Assembly: GCA_943788295.1 (NCBI GenBank)
Contig: CALSPS010000004.1
Coordinates: forward strand, 224,540-288,539
From: Candidatus Poseidoniaceae archaeon
GTDB taxonomy: Archaea > Thermoplasmatota > Poseidoniia > Poseidoniales > Poseidoniaceae
Reading direction: 5' to 3'
DNA: 64,000 nt
Part shown: positions 38,125 through 46,053 of the stretch, one piece after another
How positions within the stretch are numbered: position 1 is the stretch's first letter
Layout: the number at the start of each line of letters is the position of its first letter
Position numbers and translations under genes: made by a program
Notes under the pieces: generated by a model
Seen by the model: the letters and a program-made list of their open reading frames with translations, nothing else
Database searches by the model: none
Told to the model about the DNA's origin: nothing

Positions 38125-39087
38125 ATGCGAGCATTGGTCACTGGTGGAGCGGGTTTCATTGGGTCACATCTCATCGACCGTCTTGTCGCCCGTGGGGACC
38201 ACGTGGTTGTCCTTGACAACCTTTCATCGGGTCACCTTTCGTTCATTCAAGAGCATCTCGACAACGGTAATGCAACGCTTGTCGAAGCAGATATCACTCA
38301 ATTTGACGAGGTCATGGTGGCCATGAAGGGCATTGATTGCGTGTATCACCTCGCTGCAAATCCGGACATCCGCTTGGGCACGCGCATCACCGACACAGAT
38401 CTCAAGCAGGGCACCCTCGCAACGTACAACATCGTTGAAGCCATGCGCCTCAACAATGTAGGGACCATCGCCTTTGCCTCATCCTCTGTGGTGTACGGTG
38501 AAGATGCACCCCTTCCTACTCCTGAATCACACGGGCCTTGCATGCCAATTTCGCTCTACGGTGCGAGCAAGCAAGCCGGTGAGGGTTTAATCAGCAGTTG
38601 GGTCGGAACCTTCGGCATCCAAGCTTACATCTTCCGTTTTGCCAACATCATCGGGACGCGTGGCACTCACGGAGTCATCTTTGATTTCATTCACAAACTC
38701 AAGAAGGATCCATCCCGTCTTGAGGTGCTTGGCAATGGATTGCAAGAAAAATCCTACATGGAAGTCGGTGACTGTGCCGACGCCATTTTGCATGTGATGT
38801 CCTGTTCGAACGATTCACTCAACCTCTACAACCTTGGTAGCCATGACACCGCTTCAGTGCGCCGGATTGCAGAAATCGTGGTCGAGACAACAGGCTGCCA
38901 TGACGCAAGCATCGAGTACACCGGCGGAGACCGTGGTTGGGCTGGCGATATTCCACGAGCCATGCTTGGCATAGAGAAGATGCTTTCAACAGGATTTGAT
39001 GTGCGCTACAACAGCGAAGAGGCCATTCGGCACACCGCACTTGCTCTGATTGAAGAAATCGGTTTGAACACGGAGATGAACTCATGA
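38125..39087 (+). CDS. galE: NAD-dependent epimerase/dehydratase (UDP-glucose 4-epimerase-like)
   Basis: VTGGAGFIGSH, HLAANPD, FASSS.VYG, SLYGASK and RGWAGD. Confidence 0.88.
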   Translation: MRALVTGGAGFIGSHLIDRLVARGDHVVVLDNLSSGHLSFIQEHLDNGNATLVEADITQFDEVMVAMKGIDCVYHLAANPDIRLGTRITDTDLKQGTLATYNIVEAMRLNNVGTIAFASSSVVYGEDAPLPTPESHGPCMPISLYGASKQAGEGLISSWVGTFGIQAYIFRFANIIGTRGTHGVIFDFIHKLKKDPSRLEVLGNGLQEKSYMEVGDCADAILHVMSCSNDSLNLYNLGSHDTASVRRIAEIVVETTGCHDASIEYTGGDRGWAGDIPRAMLGIEKMLSTGFDVRYNSEEAIRHTALALIEEIGLNTEMNS

Positions 39088-39797
39088 AACAAATTTACGA
39101 TGATGAAGCCAGCACCCTGACCGATGCCTTTTTGAAAATTTCAAGCCTCTTTTTCGTTGGTATTTTGATCATTGCCTTCACGACCAATGGCATAGCGACA
39201 GGCACAGAAGAAGGAGAGCGAGCACCTGCACTCGATGGAGCAGCCTATTCTGGCAACGGCTGGGCCTCATTTGACTTCAGTCAAGAATTCGACACCGCTT
39301 GGGACGGCAATGTTTCCAGCGATTGGGTCATGATTGAATTCATGGATACCGATTGTCCTTATTGTGTGCGATCTGCAGATTTATTCGGAGAAGCATCGGA
39401 GATTTTCCACGGCTCCAACCCAGAATGGAACGGAGCACAAGTGAATTTCTTCGCAAGCGCGACCCAACTTGACATCAAGGGTCACGATTCCTCTCGAGAG
39501 GAGATTGCCGCATTCAGGGACAAGTCCACTGGACAAGAATGCGCAGGTGCAGATTGCGCAAACCGTGGCGGTTCCGCACACAACCTCATCACCTACATTG
39601 ATGACCTCGACCAAGAAAACATGGATGAGTGGGACATCAGAGGGACTCCGACCTACTTCTTAATCCAACCAGATGGCATCATTGCATGGGTTTCAAACGG
39701 TGGAACCAACGTCGGTGATGTCAACCAAGACGGTGACGAGAACAATTACATCGATGCCATCATCACACTCGTGACCCGCGAGAACGGTGGTGCTTGA
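39084..39797 (+). CDS. Membrane-anchored thioredoxin-fold (redoxin/TlpA-like) protein
   Basis: N-terminal TM, GERAP, IEFMDTDCPYC and cis-Pro loop GTPTYFLIQPDG; ATGA overlap with galE. Confidence 0.85.
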   Translation: MKQIYDDEASTLTDAFLKISSLFFVGILIIAFTTNGIATGTEEGERAPALDGAAYSGNGWASFDFSQEFDTAWDGNVSSDWVMIEFMDTDCPYCVRSADLFGEASEIFHGSNPEWNGAQVNFFASATQLDIKGHDSSREEIAAFRDKSTGQECAGADCANRGGSAHNLITYIDDLDQENMDEWDIRGTPTYFLIQPDGIIAWVSNGGTNVGDVNQDGDENNYIDAIITLVTRENGGA

Positions 39798-40398
39798 AGT
39801 GTCAACCACTCTTCTGCTTGCTGCATACGCTCTTCCTGTCGTGCTTGGCTTAGCGTTGATCCTTCCATGGACTTCGCCCCTTTTCCTTGGAATGAGCGAA
39901 AAACTCCCGTTCTTGAAAACACGCCGTGACAGGATTTTTGCAGGATTGAACCTCACGTTGCTTGCTGGCTTAGCCATTTCAGTTCAGACACAATGGATTC
40001 ATGCCAAGGTGAGTGAGGGGGCTAATTTCTGTGCTTCCAACACCATCTTTTCGTGTGACGACGTGATTGGTAATGCAAAGTACAACACCATGCCGGTTCT
40101 CGATGTTTCATGGGGAATGGTCGGTATGTGCACCTTCGCATTCTTGCTGTTCCTCTCCTATGCCTCATCGAAGGAACCGAACGCAACATGGGTCAAAACA
40201 TGCATCGACCTGGGCACCCTGATGACCTTCGGTGGTCTTGGCGTCATCGGCTTGCTTGTTTCTTACGAAATTGAAATGGAAAAAATCTGTCAATTCTGCA
40301 CCATGGCTCACATCGCAAACATTGTGGCCTTGGGTGGATTCATTCAACTGCGCATGATGCATGGCGAAAAGGCGTGGAATGATTTGTACAAAGACTGA
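39787..40398 (+). CDS. Vitamin K epoxide reductase (VKOR) family protein
   Basis: Loop cysteines FC..SCDDV and TM-end ICQFCTMAH (CxxC). Confidence 0.88.
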   Translation: MVLEVSTTLLLAAYALPVVLGLALILPWTSPLFLGMSEKLPFLKTRRDRIFAGLNLTLLAGLAISVQTQWIHAKVSEGANFCASNTIFSCDDVIGNAKYNTMPVLDVSWGMVGMCTFAFLLFLSYASSKEPNATWVKTCIDLGTLMTFGGLGVIGLLVSYEIEMEKICQFCTMAHIANIVALGGFIQLRMMHGEKAWNDLYKD

Positions 40399-40411
40399 AG
40401 GAGTGGTGACA

Positions 40412-40957
40412 ATGGCGAGTGAGCGTTTCATTTGGGGCACCATCACCACAGGAGCAGTCATCGTACTGCTTGTCCTTCTCGGCCAACAAAACACCATTGA
40501 ATCATCCAACGGGCTTTGGTCTACAGCTGACGACCCACATCCATTGTCACTCGAATGTTTGGATCACGGTAACCTGTTTCGACATGACCACGTCACGTTG
40601 AAAATTTTCATCGAGGAAGAACGATACACCATTCCAGAGAACCTGGGGATCAACACAGGTGTGTGCAATAAATCTGGGGAGAACATGCACACGGTCCACA
40701 CGCATTCACCCGGTGAGCGACTTCACATCGAAATGGCAGAAGGGGATGACGTTCCCCTTGGCGTTTTCTTTGACATCTGGGGCGTCCACTTTGATGACAC
40801 AGGGATTTTCGATTACCGGGTGAACTCCACTCACGGCATCACCATGCACGTGTTTCAAGATGGACAACAGGCATCGGAGTCAAACCAGGTCGCCTCCTTT
40901 GATGACTATGTCCTCCTAAACGGAGAAATCATCGAGATCTACTTCCAAGAAATATGA
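40412..40957 (+). CDS. Membrane-anchored His-rich (HxH) hypothetical protein
   Basis: N-terminal TM; HDHVTLKI, IPENLGI, MHTVHTH, LHIE and LGVFFDIWG; SD GGAGTGG. Confidence 0.75.
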   Translation: MASERFIWGTITTGAVIVLLVLLGQQNTIESSNGLWSTADDPHPLSLECLDHGNLFRHDHVTLKIFIEEERYTIPENLGINTGVCNKSGENMHTVHTHSPGERLHIEMAEGDDVPLGVFFDIWGVHFDDTGIFDYRVNSTHGITMHVFQDGQQASESNQVASFDDYVLLNGEIIEIYFQEI

Positions 40958-41227
40958 TCAAGGGGTAAAGCAGCCTTCAAAGTACAACGCATCGACATTG
41001 GTGTTGACTTCTTCCATTCGAAGCACCGTTACATCGATTCGCTCACTTCCGCTGTAGGTGCGCTTGAGTTCTGCTAGCAGGTGCTGTTGCACCCCCGCAT
41101 GATCTTCGCCCCATAGCATGCTCAAATGATGATGTTGTTCACCGTTGATGGTCACGGTGTATTCAACAGCCCATTCTTTGAGAGGTTCGTTATCCTCCCA
41201 TGTCACATCTTCCCATGTTTTTGCCAT
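40958..41227 (-). CDS. Hypothetical protein
   Basis: 89-aa ORF filling the gap, convergent with the previous gene. Confidence 0.6.
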   Translation of the reverse strand: MAKTWEDVTWEDNEPLKEWAVEYTVTINGEQHHHLSMLWGEDHAGVQQHLLAELKRTYSGSERIDVTVLRMEEVNTNVDALYFEGCFTP

Positions 41228-41342
41228 GGTAATATCTTGTTCTTGGAGGGTTATCAATGCATCGGGTTGATGCTTCACCTTTTTACCGGTTTACGGAAGC
41301 AAATGTCGCAATCAATGCGTATTGATGTGAGATTTCCGGTTT

Positions 41343-42287
41343 TTAATCACGCTTTTGCACAATAAGTAAGCCCGTGAATGCCGTAACACCCAGCACCACC
41401 CATACGGGATTCCATGCCTCGCCAGAACTTCGTTCTCGATAGGCAAATTCCAGTGCTCCGTAGGTTCCAAGGTCTTCTTGGGCTTCGATTGAATCGTAAT
41501 CGTTTTCGTGAAGAAGCACAACACTGAATGAATCCAATGGCCCAAATTCGATGCTAAAATCTGTGGTGCAAGATGTCGGGGCTTCGGAATGAATCAAACC
41601 GATGCTCTTCGAAACGAAACCATCGCCAAGCCTGCATTCAGCCGTAGCGATGACGACTCGGTCGCGCGCAGGCTCGCCGGGGTTATCGAACCCCTTCGGG
41701 ACCGTCTTCCCGTGTTCGAGCACCATGAAGGTCAACTGCGATCCGTTCATGGCATGACCGTCGAAGGTTGTGATTGTGGCGTGAATTGATTCATTGATAC
41801 GTTGAACATTGAACTGGAGCTGCGTGAAGGATTGTCGAGCGACTTCAAGGTCCAATATGTCACGTTGAACATCGACCCATGCATCGGTTCCTGTCCTGTA
41901 CGCTCCTCCTTCAACCATGAATGTCGGCGTTCCAGGCAGGTTCGCATCGACCGCCATCAACCGCTCAATGCGATGTTGGGCGGCCTCTGGGCCAAACGCA
42001 TCAACACCGTCATCGGGATGGTAGGCCATCAGCGCGATGCGTGAGGCATGTGCGTCGGCCACGTTCATCAAGTAAGGATCGATTTCCGCACATGAAACGC
42101 ACCACGTTGTGGTTAATTCTTCAACGATTAAACTGCGACCGCCAAGGTTCGTTTCAATGCCTTCCTCAAGTGAGGTTCCCAAATCCACAACCACTGCCTG
42201 AGCGAAGATTGGCGCCTGAAGCAAGCCAACGGCAAGAAGGAGGACCAACCACCCTCTCTTGTGCGGTCGAGATTGACCCTTCGCCAT
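41343..42287 (-). CDS. Secreted thioredoxin-like (Omp28-like) protein with C-terminal TM anchor
   Basis: Signal peptide; IVEELTTTWCVSC, MAYHP and GTPTFMVEG; C-terminal TM followed by QKRD. Confidence 0.8.
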   Translation of the reverse strand: MAKGQSRPHKRGWLVLLLAVGLLQAPIFAQAVVVDLGTSLEEGIETNLGGRSLIVEELTTTWCVSCAEIDPYLMNVADAHASRIALMAYHPDDGVDAFGPEAAQHRIERLMAVDANLPGTPTFMVEGGAYRTGTDAWVDVQRDILDLEVARQSFTQLQFNVQRINESIHATITTFDGHAMNGSQLTFMVLEHGKTVPKGFDNPGEPARDRVVIATAECRLGDGFVSKSIGLIHSEAPTSCTTDFSIEFGPLDSFSVVLLHENDYDSIEAQEDLGTYGALEFAYRERSSGEAWNPVWVVLGVTAFTGLLIVQKRD

Positions 42288-42391
42288 GCTTCGGCGACGA
42301 GGGCGACCTCCTTCATCCCTTTGTTCTGGGGAGTTTTGAGGCGAGGTTTCTTCAACAGGTCGAATTCCACTCGTGATGAGGAGGGAGTGAA

Positions 42392-43129
42392 ATGGCCGAC
42401 CATTGGATTGAGAATCACAAGCGTGATTCATGGCGTCGACAAGCCAAGGCCAGCGGCTATCGCGCTCGCTCTGCTTTCAAACTAAAGCAAATCCAAGAGC
42501 GATTCAACCTCATCCGTGAGGGTGACGTCATCCTCGATGTTGGTTGCCACCCCGGTGGATGGGCGCAGGTTGGAATGGAACTTGTCGGCGAATCTGGATT
42601 CGTGCTCGGGGTCGACCTCGAACCTTGCCAGCCGGTTGAAGGAGCCCTTCTCCTTACAGGGGACATTACCGATCCACACACCCAAGAACGCATGCTTGCA
42701 GAACTCAAGGGGCGGCCATTGAATTCCATCGTCTCAGACATTTCGCCAAACATCACCGGGAAATGGGATATGGATCAGGCCGTGGCTATGACCCTCGTTG
42801 CTCAAGTGTTTGATTTCTCATTGCCTCTGTTGTGTAAGGGCGGTTCGTTTGTCACCAAATTATTCCAAGGGGTTGGGGTGGAGGAATTGATCGTTGCAGT
42901 GAAACCGTATTTTTCCGATGTGCGTCGCTTTGCACCTCACGCAACCCGAAACTCTTCCTCTGAAGTCTACCTCATTTGTCGTAATTTCATGCCTTGGAAG
43001 GCCAAGAATTTCTCCATTCTTGACAGTTACGAGGCTGCATTGAATCTTAAGTTGGGCGGCGATGATGTGGATGAAGGTCCTGAAATCATCAAATCCTCTT
43101 TCTCGGTTCGTCGGAAAAAAGCGGAATAG
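42392..43129 (+). CDS. rlmE: 23S rRNA Um2552 methyltransferase (RlmE/FtsJ)
   Basis: GYRARSAFKL, DVGCHPGGW, SDISPN, KLFQG and SSEVY. Confidence 0.94.
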   Translation: MADHWIENHKRDSWRRQAKASGYRARSAFKLKQIQERFNLIREGDVILDVGCHPGGWAQVGMELVGESGFVLGVDLEPCQPVEGALLLTGDITDPHTQERMLAELKGRPLNSIVSDISPNITGKWDMDQAVAMTLVAQVFDFSLPLLCKGGSFVTKLFQGVGVEELIVAVKPYFSDVRRFAPHATRNSSSEVYLICRNFMPWKAKNFSILDSYEAALNLKLGGDDVDEGPEIIKSSFSVRRKKAE

Positions 43130-43161
43130 TTTGATGCCGGTTAAGGTGGAACTCACCTGGT

Positions 43162-43509
43162 ATGGAACGAAACCCACAACGGCATCAACCAGCTAAAAAC
43201 CAACCACGGCCCGCACGACAATTGTGCAGCAACCTGCGTCATGACGCTCCTGTACACCGAGTGGAATTGGTGGTCTTACGCATCTATCCTGTGCGCAGAA
43301 TTGCTTCTGACCGCTACACGGGGCCGGTTGCTGCTGCGTGCGGCCGGGATGAATCAGGTATCATCGGCTTGGTGTTGTGGGGTGAACAAACGGACATGGT
43401 CCAAGTCGGCGACATCATTCGCATCACCAACGGTTGGTGCCGCCGCCGGAACGGCGAACTGGTCGTCAGCACAGGTAACGACGGGGCTCTGTCGATTCTT
43501 GATCGTTAA
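43162..43509 (+). CDS. Single OB-fold nucleic-acid-binding protein (SSB/RPA-like)
   Basis: DESGIIGLVLWGEQ..VQVGDIIRITNGW...GELVVSTG; start uncertain. Confidence 0.78.
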   Translation: MERNPQRHQPAKNQPRPARQLCSNLRHDAPVHRVELVVLRIYPVRRIASDRYTGPVAAACGRDESGIIGLVLWGEQTDMVQVGDIIRITNGWCRRRNGELVVSTGNDGALSILDR

Positions 43510-43633
43510 TTGAAGAGCAGTGGTCCGGTTATGGGCAGAGCCGATTGAGGAGTTTACCGCCAACCTCTAGGTTGTACAGCACGCAACCATAAAGAAGGGG
43601 AGGGCATGGGCGGAGTGTTCCTGAGGTCCCATT

Positions 43634-43801
43634 ATGAGTGAGAGAGCAACCAACTGCACCGCATCCGGCGTTCCTTTGCAAGAAACCGGTTCAACCACAT
43701 TCCCTTGCCCCGGGTGCTCAGCACCTATTGGCCGCAGCCCACGCTGCCGAAACCAAGGCGTTCTGTACGTCTGTCCAGCTTGTGGATACCAGGGGCCCTG
43801 A
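43634..43801 (+). CDS. HVO_2753/DUF1610-family zinc-finger protein (55 aa)
   Basis: Below the ORF-track cutoff. MSERATNCTASG...FPCPGC...IGRSPRCR...YVCPACGYQGP; sits directly upstream of EF-1beta as in many archaea. Confidence 0.88.
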   Translation: MSERATNCTASGVPLQETGSTTFPCPGCSAPIGRSPRCRNQGVLYVCPACGYQGP

Positions 43802-43810
43802 GGTGAAATC

Positions 43811-44083
43811 ATGGGTATGGTAGTCATGACATACAAAATCAATCCTGACTCTGACGTCGAGGATGTCGATGCTGACGCAATCGCAACAACCATCACCTCA
43901 ATGGCTGATGAAATTTACAACATTCAATCCGTTGAAGTCAAACCTCTTGCGTTTGGCCTCAAGTTTGTTCAAGTCCACGTGGTCATGAACGACGGTGAAG
44001 GTCTGGCTGATGCCTTGGAAGGACGCATGTCCGAAATCCATGGTGTTGGAGAGATCGAAGTTCTTTCGATGGGCCTCATTTGA
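43811..44083 (+). CDS. ef1b: Translation elongation factor aEF-1beta
   Basis: YKINPDS, KPLAFGLK and GVGEIEV; SD GAGGTGA. Confidence 0.93.
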   Translation: MGMVVMTYKINPDSDVEDVDADAIATTITSMADEIYNIQSVEVKPLAFGLKFVQVHVVMNDGEGLADALEGRMSEIHGVGEIEVLSMGLI

Positions 44084-44190
44084 GCCCAACGCTGCAGCTG
44101 CTGAGCGCTCATTGCGCTGATGCTTTTGTTTCAATGGAAGAGGAGCGTAAGCCTCTCAATCAATTCGGAGCACGAAGTCCAAGGGGCAAA

Positions 44191-45594
44191 TCAAAGTTGA
44201 CTGAGTGGTCCTTGCATAAATTCACGGAGCAATGTGGTGGCATAGCTTCCACTCGAGAGCACAAATCGGAAGCGGATACAGGCGCCTTCGGGATGCCATC
44301 GACTGTCTGAGCCCGGGCCCGACTTCCATCGCTCGCCCATTGTTTCGTCGTTTGCAATAGGTACCGTATCGATTGCAAGTTCATTGAATTCAGTTACGAG
44401 GGCTCTGCGGGTGCCTCGCGTTGATAGCCTTGGGATGGCACTGACGTTCCAATCCGCATCATGGAGGTTCATTTGTTCGATGATCTTGGCCTCTATCGAT
44501 CCAGATACACCTTCACACGTGTTGATTTCGCTTCCCGGTAGTGGTCCGGTGGTCACAAGGCGTCCAAGTTGACAATTGCGTGCAATACGAGGGAGTGTTC
44601 GTTCTTCAACGACCACACAACTTGATGCCTCAAGTTGTCCCTTTTCATCGATTCGACCGACTAAATCACCTGCAACAGGTCTGCTGATTGGCAAACCATC
44701 CTCAATGCGAGCGTGCAATGATTTGTTGAACACCACGGATTGAAGAGCGTGAACCGTCATCAATTGCAAGTTTCCAGGCAGTTTCTTGAATGCACCTACA
44801 AAATCATCGGGGCGAGCAAGGAGATGCTCGACCATTCGCCGCTCAAAACCAAGCCATTGCGGTGCAAGTTCCAACCCTTCTTGCGTTGGACCATGTTCCC
44901 GCACGTGAGCCCGAAAAGCGTGAACGTCTTCATTCTCCGACATGCCTTCCATTGCGATGTAGGTCATGACGGCCTGTTCCCAATCCTCTGCGATGACATA
45001 CTTGCCAACTTCTGCAGTGACTGGACGACCGGATCCGAACCGCTGGGGACCAATCCAATTTGGGAAGGTGTTGTCTCCAAGGGTTGAGGCCATATCGGAT
45101 TGAATGCGTTCAACTTCGCTCAAGGCATCTTCTGTGCTCATCGGCGTTCCATCGTTATGGGCGCAACCTCGAACGACGATGGTGAACCTATTTCCACGGT
45201 GGTTACCAAACCCAATCTTTTGATGGGTCCGGCCAAGCACTTCAATTTCAACATCGGGCATGTCGACTTCGGCGACTTTCTTTTGTGGGGCATCGATGAC
45301 AAACAACTGCTGGGTGACAGCCCGTTTGTCTTTGGTCCCTGCAAAGAAGATTCGATTCCGTGGGATCTTGAGGGCCTTAGCCAAGTTATTGCAAAACCTG
45401 TTTGTCTCCCAGTTGGTGAGTGTAATTTTGGCGACTGTAAATCGACCCTTGTTGTCCATGTGGACTGGAGTCGAGATTTCTTCGACTCGAAAATCAGTGA
45501 CCCTCGCTTTGAGAACACCGCCGATGCCGTCGGTTTTGGTCGCGTAGCCATCCAATCCAATGGCTTCTGCCAATGAATCCGTCCACGCAGTCAT
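44191..45594 (-). CDS. truD: tRNA pseudouridine(13) synthase TruD
   Basis: DFRVEE, AGTKDKRAVTQQ, GNRFTI, PNWIGPQRFG, GTRR and GSYATTLLRE. Confidence 0.95.
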   Translation of the reverse strand: MTAWTDSLAEAIGLDGYATKTDGIGGVLKARVTDFRVEEISTPVHMDNKGRFTVAKITLTNWETNRFCNNLAKALKIPRNRIFFAGTKDKRAVTQQLFVIDAPQKKVAEVDMPDVEIEVLGRTHQKIGFGNHRGNRFTIVVRGCAHNDGTPMSTEDALSEVERIQSDMASTLGDNTFPNWIGPQRFGSGRPVTAEVGKYVIAEDWEQAVMTYIAMEGMSENEDVHAFRAHVREHGPTQEGLELAPQWLGFERRMVEHLLARPDDFVGAFKKLPGNLQLMTVHALQSVVFNKSLHARIEDGLPISRPVAGDLVGRIDEKGQLEASSCVVVEERTLPRIARNCQLGRLVTTGPLPGSEINTCEGVSGSIEAKIIEQMNLHDADWNVSAIPRLSTRGTRRALVTEFNELAIDTVPIANDETMGERWKSGPGSDSRWHPEGACIRFRFVLSSGSYATTLLREFMQGPLSQL

Positions 45595-45607
45595 GAAAGC
45601 ACCCCGT

Positions 45608-45865
45608 TCACAGGGTGATGCTGGAAAACTCAACAGCAAGTCCAGCCACGAGGTCTCTTAGGACCTTGTCGGATGCATTCTTGCCTTTCGTGCGAACGTA
45701 AAACTCTGGATCATCCAGTTCAGGGTGGCCTGGGAAGTAGTTGGCGTATTCCACGTTTTTGTGGTTGTTCAATCGCTCACGGAGCATTTGGAGAGCCGTG
45801 TGGCTTTCGCCGATAATGCGGAGGCGCAGTTCGTTCTTTTCTCGAAGGAGCAGTTTCACAGGCAT
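45608..45865 (-). CDS. rpoL: RNA polymerase subunit Rpo11 (RpoL)
   Basis: ELRLRIIGESHT..MLRERL..VEYANY..GHP. Confidence 0.88.
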   Translation of the reverse strand: MPVKLLLREKNELRLRIIGESHTALQMLRERLNNHKNVEYANYFPGHPELDDPEFYVRTKGKNASDKVLRDLVAGLAVEFSSITL

Positions 45866-46053
45866 GATGACCATTCCGCCCACTTGCCAACTTGTTTTGA
45901 ACCTTCTCCCAAAAAATCCACGCCATTCTCCTCTCCTTGACCTCGTTTTTCGGTCCATTCAACCCATCGCAACCTCTCAATTTTGGTTAAAGGAGGTTGT
46001 GTCAAGGCCAAGATACCCCCTTCCTTTTGTAGTGCTTTGCGTTGGCAAACCCT

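Noticed and set aside
43510-43625. Possible C/D box sRNA (TGAAGA...CCGA TTGAGGA...CTGA)
   Set aside because: Boxes are degenerate, D-box spacing is wrong, and I could not identify an rRNA or tRNA target.
45866-46050. Pyrimidine-rich intergenic stretch and upstream extension of rpoL
   Set aside because: Consistent with a divergent promoter region; no convincing ORF or stable structure.
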